In this document: positions 20,776-29,921 of the stretch, in pieces
How positions within the stretch are numbered: position 1 is the stretch's first letter
How the letters are laid out: each line of letters opens with the position of its first letter
Assembly: GCA_014191035.1 (NCBI GenBank)
Contig: BJGX01000005.1
Location: 1 to 59,756 of the forward strand
Length of the DNA stretch: 59,756 nucleotides
DNA from: Candidatus Saccharimonadota bacterium
GTDB lineage: Bacteria > Patescibacteriota > Saccharimonadia > CAILAD01 > BJGX01
Direction of reading: 5' to 3'
Notes under the pieces: model-generated
Told to the model about the DNA's origin: nothing
Databases searched by the model: none
The model's input: only the letters and a program-made list of their open reading frames with translations
Translations under genes and position numbers: made by a program

Positions 20776-22485
20776 TTAATTGCTCAGAAGATACCAATTG
20801 TATATGTTGTAAAACCTATTGCTGGGTTCAGCTATTTTCTTAGCATCAAATCCCTTTATCCTATCCGATTGTGCGTAATTATAATATGGAGAATAAATAA
20901 TTACTGCAGGCACATCCTTAGACCATATATCTACGAAAGATGAATATCTACTTGCCTTAAAAGCTTGGTCTTTCGCTAATCTTCCGGCCTCCAAAAACTT
21001 ATCAGCATCAGCATTTTTATAATTAGATATATTTAATCCAGGATCATTAATTTGGCTAGAATGCCAAAAACTATATACATCTGAATCGATACCAATATTT
21101 TGACCATACAAAAGAATGTCATAATTTCGACTTCTGATATAATTTTGTTGAAGATTTGAAATATCTGCAGTTATCACTTCGACATTGACACCTAGTTTTC
21201 TCCACTGTTCGGCCAACTTGTTGGCGACTAATTTATATTGTGCTGAATCTAAAGTAACTAATCTTAAATTTGTACCATTAGAAACTTTTGAATTTGCATA
21301 ATACTCCTTTGCTTTATCAAAATTTAGCTGATATTTTTCGGCGCTTGGGTTAAATCCAACGAAACCTGCTGGTATAGGATAATAAGCAACAGATCCCTCA
21401 GAATAAAGTTGATCTTTAACTATCCCCTCTCTATCAGTCGAAAGCGCAAGAGCCTTTCTAAAATCTAAGTTATTCATTGGTGAATTTTTTGTATTAAAGA
21501 ATGCGCCAACGTAGGCTGGCAGCCCTATGCGGTAGTCATTTATACCTTGAATTTTCTCTACTGTCGAAACATCTTCTGGAGGAACCTGAGAAACCGCGTC
21601 AACTTGTTTTCTAATTAATGAATCAATTGCTTCCTTACTGTCTTGGAATAAAGCAAAGATTACATCTGAAATATATGGCTCTTGAATATAGTACTTTTCA
21701 TAAGCCTTAAGATTTATAGCGCTACTATCCACTTCCAATAAATCGATTTTGTATGGGCCGGTACCTATTGGACGTTGATTAAATTCGTAAGAACGTAAAT
21801 TAGAAGATGCCACGCTATCTAGTCGGTGCTTTGGCAGTATTCCTAGAGTAGTGTTGTATAAAAAGTTTCCATAAGATGATGGTAGGCTGAACCTTATAGT
21901 GGTCTCATCAATAATTTGGTACTTTACACCGTTCCAATTTGCCGAATATGGACTGCGAGTATCGGGGTTCTGAACCCTATCTACAGTAAATGCAATGTCA
22001 TTTGAAGTTACCTTAACTCCATCATGCCAGGTAGCATTCTTGCGCAAGTAAAAAGTATAGTTCTTTCTATCTTCCGAAACTTCCCATTTCTCGGCTAGGT
22101 CGCTTACTATCTCTCTATTGCCATTAACTTTCGTAAGACCACTAAAAACTAAACTAACGACAGATTCTGTAGCATTGTTTTCTGGAAAAAGAGGATTAAG
22201 ACTTTTGACCTGACCGACCAGAGCCTCTTTATAAATGCCTCCTCTTTTAGGTTTTTCTTGGGATGTTATTTGATTAAGAGTAATTATCTGAGAAGTTAAA
22301 CCCCAAAAAGAAACTAAAATAATAAATATCCAGGCAGCAAAAGTCCAACGAACATTGCCCAGCTTCTGCCACGATCCAAACAAATGGCGGTTAAGGTAAT
22401 TATAGAGCCAAGTGCGCCAAAGCTTGAATTTTCGTTTCCAGCTTCTTAGCTTTCTTTTGAATGTAAATTCTGTATAAGAACTCAT
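20776..22485 (-). CDS. Peptide/nickel ABC substrate-binding protein (family 5)
   Basis: DLAEKWEVSED...YTFYLRKNATWHDG, PIGTGPYK; N-terminal TM anchor. Confidence 0.92.
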   Translation of the reverse strand: MSSYTEFTFKRKLRSWKRKFKLWRTWLYNYLNRHLFGSWQKLGNVRWTFAAWIFIILVSFWGLTSQIITLNQITSQEKPKRGGIYKEALVGQVKSLNPLFPENNATESVVSLVFSGLTKVNGNREIVSDLAEKWEVSEDRKNYTFYLRKNATWHDGVKVTSNDIAFTVDRVQNPDTRSPYSANWNGVKYQIIDETTIRFSLPSSYGNFLYNTTLGILPKHRLDSVASSNLRSYEFNQRPIGTGPYKIDLLEVDSSAINLKAYEKYYIQEPYISDVIFALFQDSKEAIDSLIRKQVDAVSQVPPEDVSTVEKIQGINDYRIGLPAYVGAFFNTKNSPMNNLDFRKALALSTDREGIVKDQLYSEGSVAYYPIPAGFVGFNPSAEKYQLNFDKAKEYYANSKVSNGTNLRLVTLDSAQYKLVANKLAEQWRKLGVNVEVITADISNLQQNYIRSRNYDILLYGQNIGIDSDVYSFWHSSQINDPGLNISNYKNADADKFLEAGRLAKDQAFKASRYSSFVDIWSKDVPAVIIYSPYYNYAQSDRIKGFDAKKIAEPSNRFYNIYNWYLLSN

Positions 22486-22488
22486 TAT

Positions 22489-22704
22489 TTAGACGGTTAA
22501 TAGCGCCAATATACATACCACGAAGGCTATTCCAAGTACTACGGTGCCTCCAAAGAGGAACTTTTCAGCTCCACGCTTGGTTCGATAAAAGCTTGCTTCT
22601 CCACCAAATGCAGTACCTAATCCACCACCCTGATTTTGAAGCATCACAAAGATGGTTATTAATATCGAGATTATTACTAATGCTACCTGTAAAAATGTTT
22701 TCAT
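22489..22704 (-). CDS. secG: Preprotein translocase subunit SecG
   Basis: LQNQGGGLGTAFGG...TKRGAEKFL between two TM segments. Confidence 0.93.
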   Translation of the reverse strand: MKTFLQVALVIISILITIFVMLQNQGGGLGTAFGGEASFYRTKRGAEKFLFGGTVVLGIAFVVCILALLTV

Positions 22705-23054
22705 ATTTGCTCCTTATCGATTATAAATCCCATTAGATAATTGGCTAGCCAGACCACAATTACCGCACCAATCGCTGACCATATTGATTCTACCCTAAAA
22801 GGAGAATAAATTGCACTTGTTATATACAATAGAAGGGTGTTAATTATTAAACTAAACAGACCAAAAGTCAATACTATGGCCGGGAGACTAAGTATTACCA
22901 AGAAAGGCCTTAAAAAGGCATTAACTAAACCAAATATCAAGCTAGCTATTAGCAGTACTGTAAAGCTGTCGGCCGCTATTCCTTTTAAGAATATTGTTGC
23001 AGCAGATAAACCTAAAAAATTTGCTAGCCATGTTAATAAAAAGCGTCTTACCAC
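22701..23054 (-). CDS. YvlD-like 4-TM (phage holin family) membrane protein
   Basis: GLVNAFLRPFLVILSLP...LTFGLFSLIIN signature. Confidence 0.88.
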   Translation of the reverse strand: MVRRFLLTWLANFLGLSAATIFLKGIAADSFTVLLIASLIFGLVNAFLRPFLVILSLPAIVLTFGLFSLIINTLLLYITSAIYSPFRVESIWSAIGAVIVVWLANYLMGFIIDKEQI

Positions 23055-23087
23055 AAGTATATTTTAACATATTTACAGATAAACGAA

Positions 23088-24521
23088 CTATCTAAGCTGG
23101 TCGGTTAGCAACTTGGCCTTTGCTTTGCCCAAAACTTTCGCAATCTCTACTTCAGTAGCATCCTTCACTCCGGCAACGCTACCAAAAGCTCTTATTAATT
23201 TCTTACGAGAAGCCGGGCCGATACCGCTTATTTCTTCAAGCTGTGATTTTTTAATTCTTTTAGCTCGAACAACAGTGTGGTAACTTACAGCAAATCTATG
23301 AGCCTCATCGCGAATCCTTTGGATCAGATGAAGTATAGGCGAATCAGATTCAAAATTAATCATATAGTATTCACCTTCTCTCCTTAGTGATTGTGGAGAT
23401 GGCAAATCATTGGCATCAACTACAATCGTTTCGTAGCGTTTAGCCAGGCCGACCGTCATTATGTCGATTTCTGACTCTTTCAGGGCCTTTTTGGCGCTAG
23501 ATAACTGCCCCTTTCCACCATCGATAATAATTAAATCTGGCTTTGGCCAAGATTTATTTCGCTCACTAAACCTACGACTTAATGTCTCTTTCATCATTGC
23601 AAAATCATTTGGGCCTTTTGTCCGCATCTTAAAATGTCGATACTCCCTATTGTTTGGTAGTCCATCTGTAAACACCACCATCGAACTAACACTATCGCCC
23701 CCAGCAAAGTTACTGATGTCATAGCACTCGATACGTCTAAGTTTCTTTAAGTTAAGAATTTCGCTTAATCCCCTGAGGGCAATATCTACACCAATTACCA
23801 GCTTTTCTTCACCCCCAAAAACTACTCTGGTATTTAAGGCTTTAAGGGCCAAATATTGATTTCTAAATTCAATTGCTTCTTCATACTTTTGCTTCTTTGA
23901 AAGTTTATCTATATCTTTTTTTAGTTGATCAATCAGCTTAGTGCTTTTCCCCTCCAAAACCATTATCAGTTTTCTAATTTGCTTCTTATATTCAGTTTTG
24001 GAGATATCTGGCCTTGGCAATACTCCTATTTGGTATTCAAGCTTAGAGCTATATTTGTGCTTCTCTTTAACAAAGTAAGGAAATGCTTTTCTTAGATATT
24101 TTAGGGCCTGTCTGACCCCATAGCTATTTATGAATGGCCCAAAATACTTAGCCTTGTCGTCCATTGGCCTTCTTACTAGTCCAACTGTTGGGAAATCATC
24201 TTGCATAGTTATACGAATATAAATAAAGTTTTTATCATCTCTTTCGCGAACATTATAGAGTGGTTTATGCCTTTTAATTAGCTCGGCTTCTAAAAATAAT
24301 GCTTCAACTTCAGAATTAGTCTCAAGCCACTCTAGATCTGCAATGTTTTCCACCAATAATGGTGTTTTGTAGTCACTGTGCTTTTTACTAAAATAAGACT
24401 TAACTCTACGGCGTAGTATCGAGGCCTTACCGATGTATATAATTTTGCCCTTTTTGTCTTTAAACAAATATACACCCGGCGTCTTGGGCAAATTATCTAG
24501 TTTGTTAGCAAGCTTATTCAT
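23088..24521 (-). CDS. uvrC: Excinuclease ABC subunit C
   Basis: GIY-YIG (PGVYLF...YIGKA), IECYDISN, IDGGKGQ, RDEAHRFA, HhH; start set at ATG 24521 just after TATAAT. Confidence 0.96.
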   Translation of the reverse strand: MNKLANKLDNLPKTPGVYLFKDKKGKIIYIGKASILRRRVKSYFSKKHSDYKTPLLVENIADLEWLETNSEVEALFLEAELIKRHKPLYNVRERDDKNFIYIRITMQDDFPTVGLVRRPMDDKAKYFGPFINSYGVRQALKYLRKAFPYFVKEKHKYSSKLEYQIGVLPRPDISKTEYKKQIRKLIMVLEGKSTKLIDQLKKDIDKLSKKQKYEEAIEFRNQYLALKALNTRVVFGGEEKLVIGVDIALRGLSEILNLKKLRRIECYDISNFAGGDSVSSMVVFTDGLPNNREYRHFKMRTKGPNDFAMMKETLSRRFSERNKSWPKPDLIIIDGGKGQLSSAKKALKESEIDIMTVGLAKRYETIVVDANDLPSPQSLRREGEYYMINFESDSPILHLIQRIRDEAHRFAVSYHTVVRAKRIKKSQLEEISGIGPASRKKLIRAFGSVAGVKDATEVEIAKVLGKAKAKLLTDQLR

Positions 24522-24612
24522 AAACTCTATTATACCCCCAACGAGCTTATAGTTTAATTTTGTAGTAATCTGTTCTATGATATCAGCATCGCACCTTACT
24601 ATCGGGGGGAGC

Positions 24613-24876
24613 ATGAAGCTCGAATCAGTATTAAATGGTTATTGCTGTAATGATCAAAAAGCAATTTTGCTGTTAGTACTTATTTATTCGCATACGCTTG
24701 TGCGTCTTGAAGAAGATCCTAAACTAGTCTTTCTTCAAACAAGAAAACAAGAATTCCTAGAGGGCCTAACAATCAGCTCCCTTCAAATTCCAAGCTGCAT
24801 AATTGAATCTATAAATTCAAATCCGCTAGATTGGTTCTGTCAAACTATGGAATACTTAGACAAAAACAATATATAG
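24613..24876 (+). CDS. Small protein family member A (87 aa)
   Basis: GGGGAG SD before ATG 24613; terminator downstream; aligns with the four other family members. Confidence 0.7.
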   Translation: MKLESVLNGYCCNDQKAILLLVLIYSHTLVRLEEDPKLVFLQTRKQEFLEGLTISSLQIPSCIIESINSNPLDWFCQTMEYLDKNNI

Positions 24877-24899
24877 CCCCTGCATACGTGGGGGCTTTT
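24875..24899 (+). terminator. Terminator after member A
   Basis: GC-rich stem AGCCCC...GGGGCT followed by a T tract. Confidence 0.75.
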
Positions 24900-24902
24900 C
24901 AA

Positions 24903-24931
24903 TTGAAAAATAAAAAATATATGTATATAAT
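24903..24931 (+). promoter_or_regulatory. Promoter of members B-C
   Basis: TTGAAA-N17-TATAAT. Confidence 0.7.
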
Positions 24932-24960
24932 CTTACTTCCGTACCTTCAAAGGAGCAAAA

Positions 24961-25248
24961 TTGAGCGATAGCGAAGTAGTAAAGCTATATAAAAGCTTTC
25001 CAGCCAAGCACCGAGATCAGTTCTATCAGCTGCTGCTAATTTATGTGCTCAACCTTAACACATGGCAGTGTAGCGACCGAACCAACAAAGATGCCTTTGG
25101 TCAAATTCAAAGTTCACTTAAGTATCTGAAGCATGAACCATTTAATCTAAGTACTGAAATGCTCGAAAGAATTGTCGATAATCACGAAGACTGGATGGCA
25201 GACTTGATGGAAATGGATAAGTTTAATGGGAAAACCCAGATACAATAA
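24961..25248 (+). CDS. Small protein family member B (95 aa)
   Basis: AAGGAG SD, TTG start; LKHEPFNLS...IVDNHEDW motif. Confidence 0.75.
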   Translation: MSDSEVVKLYKSFPAKHRDQFYQLLLIYVLNLNTWQCSDRTNKDAFGQIQSSLKYLKHEPFNLSTEMLERIVDNHEDWMADLMEMDKFNGKTQIQ

Positions 25249-25537
25249 TCCCAGATCCTTTATCGAGTCGTACGACATTGAACTGCGAGGTAAGTTAGCA
25301 GTTAAGATTTTTCTTTTTTGTGTTACTCAAGGAAACTGGAAGGAACAATCCAATGATGATTATTGGCATATAAGCTCCATATACAACCCAAAGTCCCCTG
25401 CTTACAAGCTAAAGGCCGAGCTTACATCAGAGCCATTCAACCTAAATGATTTTGTAATCATTTCAATTAAAGAAAATACAGTAGAATGGTTGACTGAGTC
25501 ATGTATGATTTGGGATGACTACATTAAAGCCTCATAA
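25226..25537 (+). CDS. Small protein family member C (103 aa)
   Basis: Overlaps member B by 23 nt; LTSEPFNLN...IKENTVEW motif. Confidence 0.75.
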   Translation: MGKPRYNNPRSFIESYDIELRGKLAVKIFLFCVTQGNWKEQSNDDYWHISSIYNPKSPAYKLKAELTSEPFNLNDFVIISIKENTVEWLTESCMIWDDYIKAS

Positions 25538-25553
25538 GAACGAGGCTTTTTTT
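25526..25553 (+). terminator. Terminator after member C
   Basis: AAAGCCTC-N8-GAGGCTTT followed by a T tract. Confidence 0.75.
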
Positions 25554-25623
25554 ATTTTTATGCTTGCATAATGTAGCCTTACTTATATAGTAAAAGTGCA
25601 GGCAAACCTAGAAAGGCTTGACT

Positions 25624-25887
25624 ATGAACCTTCAGGATCTAATTGGGCGATACCCTAGCGAACAAATTGATGAATTAAAAAGACTGATTCGAGAATTTAT
25701 CAATTGCGAGCTGCAAATTTACATCGGAGATACTCACCTGCGCAGCTGGGAAGAAGAAGACTCGCGCTTGCGAGCCCAAAAGATTGCATTGGTACTGCGT
25801 GGGCCTCCTTGGGGGATGAGCATCGAAGATCTTGAATACCTTTGCGACAACGCCCAGGAAATACTTAATGAGCTTAATCGCTCTTAA
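25624..25887 (+). CDS. Small protein family member D (87 aa)
   Basis: TTGCAT-N16-TATAGT promoter, GAAAGG SD 7 nt before the ATG; LRGPPWGMS...LCDNAQEI motif. Confidence 0.75.
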   Translation: MNLQDLIGRYPSEQIDELKRLIREFINCELQIYIGDTHLRSWEEEDSRLRAQKIALVLRGPPWGMSIEDLEYLCDNAQEILNELNRS

Positions 25888-25891
25888 TATA

Positions 25892-25920
25892 AGACCCCGA
25901 ACAATTCGGGGTCTATTTAT
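25892..25920. terminator. Terminator between member D and the convergent surface-protein gene
   Basis: AGACCCCGAA-CAA-TTCGGGGTCT. Confidence 0.75.
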
Positions 25921-25931
25921 TTTCTGAAATT

Positions 25932-27596
25932 ATTATCTTCTCTTTACCGCATAACCAGTTGCAAGTATGCCGCCTAGTACTAGTAGTCCTGCTATAAGCG
26001 CTGGGGTTTTGGCATCCCAGCCGGTTCCGGCCAGTGTTCCACCGCTACCACCACTGTCTGGGGTTGGGTAAACGTACTCGTAAGATCCACTGTCTGCCAA
26101 GGCTGCCTGTGGGCGTGTAACACCACGCTGATCAATGCTTGGGGTTGCAGGGCTACCTGCTACAGCATTTTCAAGTGCAGGTGAGCCTGCCTGAAGTGGC
26201 AAAACAAATGTGTTTCCAACCTGCTGGTAAGCACCTAGTAGTGGGTCGGTAGAGTTTTTATCATTGGTGGCGATAAATAGAGTATTACAAGTATCATCGT
26301 TAGATATATTTCCACCATCACTTGTCAGGGTTGCGTTTTCACCAATACTTGTGACACAGTTACCTGGAGTTGTTCCGTCTGTTCGTTTATTACTACTAAA
26401 TATATTGTTTCTTAGATTAAGCGATGCGGAGAAATAAGCCGGGTCAGAACCTAAGTTGACTATGAATGGTTCATCAACAAATTCAGCATAATATTTATTG
26501 TTTACGACTGTATTATTGTAGAAATTTGCTGTTGACTGACCCTCGGCATCTACCGAATTTTGTATAGCCAATATCGAAGAATTATTGTTATAAATTGTGT
26601 TATTAAAAACATTCATTGTAGCGTTTCCAGAGGGCCCTTCATTAACTGTCCTTATGTTACCAATCAAAAAGAAGGCTGTATTTTCAGTAAAAACACTATT
26701 GGAGATAGTCGTATTTATTCCTGCTGCAGAAAAAGTCACTGCAATAGCACATACTGGCGTAACACCAACACATGTGTTGTTTTTAATTATTAGTTTATTG
26801 AGTGTAACATTACCAGCAGCATTATTTATTAATGCAGCCCCTGGATCAGTTGGGCTAAAGTTCTGGAATGTGAGGTTCTCTATTAGATAGTTGCCGGTTG
26901 TTGCCACAACTACACCAGAAAAGCCTGCACCATCAATAATTGTTGTGGTGGCGTTTTCTCCAACTACAGAAATATTACCAGGATTAACTATATATCCCAA
27001 ACTAGCTGACAAAGTATATGTGCCGGCGCCAACATTAACGGTATCGTCACCATCTCCTGCTGCACAACTACCCACGGGGGTATCAGTAGCCGCTGCCTCA
27101 AGTGCTTCTTGAAAACTACAAGCACTAGAAGGAGTTACATTGTATGTTGTGGCTTCTGCTTTGGGGGCAAATGCTAATTGAGAAAGTAGCCCTACGACCA
27201 ATATACTAATAATAACTGTTGCGCGGGATAGTAACTTATACTTCATAAGGTTCATTTCAAACATTATCTTCTCTTTACCGCATAACCAGTTGCAAGTATG
27301 CCGCCTAGTACTAGTAGTCCTGCTATAAGCGCTGGGGTTTTGGCATCCCAGCCGGTTCCGGCCAGTGTTCCACCGCTACCACCACTGTCTGGGGTTGGGT
27401 AAACGTACTCGTAAGATCCACTGTCTGCCAAGGCTGCCTGTGGGCGTGTAACACCACGCTGATCAATGCTTGGGGTTGCAGGGCTACCTGCTACAGCATT
27501 TTCAAGTGCAGGTGAGCCTGCCTGAAGTGGCAAAACAAATGTGTTTCCAACCTGCTGGTAAGCACCTAGTAGTGGGTCGGTAGAGTTTTTATCATT
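25932..27596. repeat. 334-bp identical direct repeat (25932-26265 and 27263-27596)
   Basis: The 3' ends of the two paralogs read identically at a constant offset of 1331 bp. Confidence 0.92.
25933..27264 (-). CDS. Secreted beta-helix surface protein (choice-of-anchor Q-like) with LAGTG-TM-KRR tail
   Basis: Signal peptide ...AEA, Asn-rich NNT repeats, DQRGVTRPQ...DSGSYE, C-terminal sorting-like signal. Confidence 0.82.
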   Translation of the reverse strand: MFEMNLMKYKLLSRATVIISILVVGLLSQLAFAPKAEATTYNVTPSSACSFQEALEAAATDTPVGSCAAGDGDDTVNVGAGTYTLSASLGYIVNPGNISVVGENATTTIIDGAGFSGVVVATTGNYLIENLTFQNFSPTDPGAALINNAAGNVTLNKLIIKNNTCVGVTPVCAIAVTFSAAGINTTISNSVFTENTAFFLIGNIRTVNEGPSGNATMNVFNNTIYNNNSSILAIQNSVDAEGQSTANFYNNTVVNNKYYAEFVDEPFIVNLGSDPAYFSASLNLRNNIFSSNKRTDGTTPGNCVTSIGENATLTSDGGNISNDDTCNTLFIATNDKNSTDPLLGAYQQVGNTFVLPLQAGSPALENAVAGSPATPSIDQRGVTRPQAALADSGSYEYVYPTPDSGGSGGTLAGTGWDAKTPALIAGLLVLGGILATGYAVKRR

Positions 27597-28589
27597 AGTC
27601 GAGGTAAAAATAGAATTACAGCTCGTATCGTTGGAAATATTGCCACCATCACTGGTTAATGAGCCATTTTCACCTACCAGACTACCACAATTATAAGGTG
27701 CGTCTGCAAGGCTTACATTGTTGTAGAAAATATTATTTCTCATGTTAAGAAAAGCACCAAAATATGTGTCTGGGCCAACGTTAACGCTAAACATTAAATC
27801 TACAAATTCAGCGTAAGGCTTGTTTTGTACAATTGTATTGTTGTAGAAATTTAAAACAGATTGGCCCGGTGAAGCATCTGTATTTGAAGCACCCGCTATT
27901 CCAGCGTCGTTATCGTAAAAAGTATTATTAAAAACGTTCATTGTAGGACTGCTTGCAGTGCCTTCTATGGCTGGCACTCTGGCGTTTGCAATCAGGAAGA
28001 ACGCAGTATTGTTGTAAAATACACTATTTGAAATCGTGGTATTCACCTCAGCTGGACCAAGCGTTAAGGCAATAGCGCAGACAGGTACTGTACTAGTACA
28101 AGTATTATTTTTGATAATTAGCTTATTGGCTGTAACATTACCAGCAGCATTTAATATTAGAGTATTACCATCTCCATCTGAGACGAAGTTTTGAAAAGTT
28201 AGATTTTCAATTAGATAGTTACCTGTGGCACCAACGATAATACCTGCAAAGCCAGCACCATCTATTATGGTATTGGTGGCATTTTCGCCAATTATTGAAA
28301 TGTTTCCAGCTGTTACCAAGGGGCCTAGATCTGCTGATATAGTGTATGTTCCTGCTCCAACGTTTATAGTGTCGTCTGCATCGCCAGCGTCACAACCACC
28401 TACAGGAGCATCAGTTGCGGCTGCGGTTAAGGCGTCTAAAAAACTACATGCACTAGAAGGAGTTACATTGTATGTTGTGGCTTCTGCTTTGGGGGCAAAC
28501 GCTAATTGTGCCACAAAAGCTAAAATTAAAATTACCATCGCATAAACCATGGTACTTAATTTACTTATAAAACTGTTTTTTGTTTCCAT
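27264..28589 (-). CDS. Secreted beta-helix surface protein, tandem paralog
   Basis: Same architecture; TAATG stop/start overlap with the downstream paralog. Confidence 0.82.
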   Translation of the reverse strand: METKNSFISKLSTMVYAMVILILAFVAQLAFAPKAEATTYNVTPSSACSFLDALTAAATDAPVGGCDAGDADDTINVGAGTYTISADLGPLVTAGNISIIGENATNTIIDGAGFAGIIVGATGNYLIENLTFQNFVSDGDGNTLILNAAGNVTANKLIIKNNTCTSTVPVCAIALTLGPAEVNTTISNSVFYNNTAFFLIANARVPAIEGTASSPTMNVFNNTFYDNDAGIAGASNTDASPGQSVLNFYNNTIVQNKPYAEFVDLMFSVNVGPDTYFGAFLNMRNNIFYNNVSLADAPYNCGSLVGENGSLTSDGGNISNDTSCNSIFTSTNDKNSTDPLLGAYQQVGNTFVLPLQAGSPALENAVAGSPATPSIDQRGVTRPQAALADSGSYEYVYPTPDSGGSGGTLAGTGWDAKTPALIAGLLVLGGILATGYAVKRR

Positions 28590-28725
28590 TAAAATTACCG
28601 CTCCTTTGTATATTGAATATCATAAGTGTTTTAGGTTAACAGCGCAAGTACTTTGGGGGGGGCTGATGTTTCATATTTTAATTTTTTAGGTTATAGTTTT
28701 TAGTTGATTCGTACCTAGGAGCCAA

Positions 28726-28992
28726 ATGCTACTCGAGCCGGTGTGTAATAATGTACAGCCTTCTTTCAGGTCTGCTTTAAAAAATGAAATTCTTAGATTC
28801 GCCAATGCCCACCTTAGAATGCAAAAGCCCTATTCAAAGCTAGAGCCTGAAGACTTTGAAAAACTCAAAGAAAGCGCAGCTTTCTCGGCAGCTAGGCTCA
28901 AAAACCAACCATTTTATATTTCCACAGATCTAATATCCCAGATTGCTGCTAACCCAGAACCCTGGATAGACGAAATATATGATGCCTTGTAG
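28726..28992 (+). CDS. Small protein family member E (88 aa)
   Basis: AGGAG SD; LKNQPFYIS...IAANPEPW motif; terminator at 28990-29013. Confidence 0.75.
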   Translation: MLLEPVCNNVQPSFRSALKNEILRFANAHLRMQKPYSKLEPEDFEKLKESAAFSAARLKNQPFYISTDLISQIAANPEPWIDEIYDAL

Positions 28993-29054
28993 CCCTAAAA
29001 TTATTTAGGGCTATTTTATTTGGCTTATGCTTACTGCTCAGCTAAGATTATATT

Positions 29055-29921
29055 ATGTGGATTGTATACTCAGTTCTATGTGCCCTTAGCGATAGTTTAG
29101 CCAGTCTTTTTAACAAGCAGTTGGTTTCAAAAAAACAAGACGCTTTTTCTATATCTGTTTTTATTCATGGCTTTGGAGCTATTACTATGTTGGTTGTAGG
29201 TATTGTTACATCGGAAAAGCTTTTAGTTTTACCATTAAATGCCTTCTTACTACTTATAGCTACCGCAGCCTCTGCCGCCGCAGCTGGCGTAATACTGCTT
29301 TTGGCACTCAAAAAGGGCGATTTGTCTCTGATTGCTCCTATTCAGACAATTACGCCGTTGTTGATACTTATAATTGCGATATTCTTTTTGAATGAAGCTC
29401 CCAAGCCAATTGGACTTGCTGGAATAATGCTGGTTGTAATAGGCGGAATATTATTAGACAAAAGCCCTAAAGAAAGTTTTAGATCAATCATGATTAGAAT
29501 TGTAACTTATAAGCCTGCGCTACTTGGTGTGGCTGCGGCGGCACTCTATGCGCTTGCTTCTGTCTTTGATAAGGGTGGGCTAAAGCTAGTTAGTGTAGGC
29601 GTTTGGATATTTTATGTTTACTTTTTTGTATTTTTATTTGTACTACCTGTGGTTTTAATTAAAAAACGTAAGGAATTTGTGAAACTAAAAAAGCACAAGA
29701 GGCTACTACTTAGCTCTTCGGTGTTCAGTGTAGCTGCAATTTACTTGCAACTTCTGGCATTAAAGACTGCATTAGTAACCTATGTTCTTTCAATTAAAAG
29801 ATTAAGCTCCGTATTTGCAGTAATTTTGGCTTATTTGGTCCTAAACGAAAAGAAAGCGCTCTTTAGGTTAAAGGGCGCAATACTAATGGTGGTGGGTGCA
29901 ATACTTATCGGTATAAGTTAG
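29055..29921 (+). CDS. EamA/DMT family transporter
   Basis: Two 5-TM repeats: SLIAPI...FLNE and LSIKRLS...VLNEK. Confidence 0.9.
   Translation: MWIVYSVLCALSDSLASLFNKQLVSKKQDAFSISVFIHGFGAITMLVVGIVTSEKLLVLPLNAFLLLIATAASAAAAGVILLLALKKGDLSLIAPIQTITPLLILIIAIFFLNEAPKPIGLAGIMLVVIGGILLDKSPKESFRSIMIRIVTYKPALLGVAAAALYALASVFDKGGLKLVSVGVWIFYVYFFVFLFVLPVVLIKKRKEFVKLKKHKRLLLSSSVFSVAAIYLQLLALKTALVTYVLSIKRLSSVFAVILAYLVLNEKKALFRLKGAILMVVGAILIGIS

Noticed and set aside
22701-23054. Prophage inferred from the holin-family gene
   Set aside because: YvlD-like proteins are common chromosomal genes; no endolysin, structural or integrase genes are nearby
24540-25930. Integron cassette array
   Set aside because: No intI and no attC-like RYYYAAC...GTTRRRY sites seen; the intergenic palindromes look like ordinary terminators and the genes have their own promoters
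25932-27596. Diversity-generating retroelement TR/VR pair
   Set aside because: The copies are identical rather than differing at adenines, both are coding, and no reverse transcriptase is in the window
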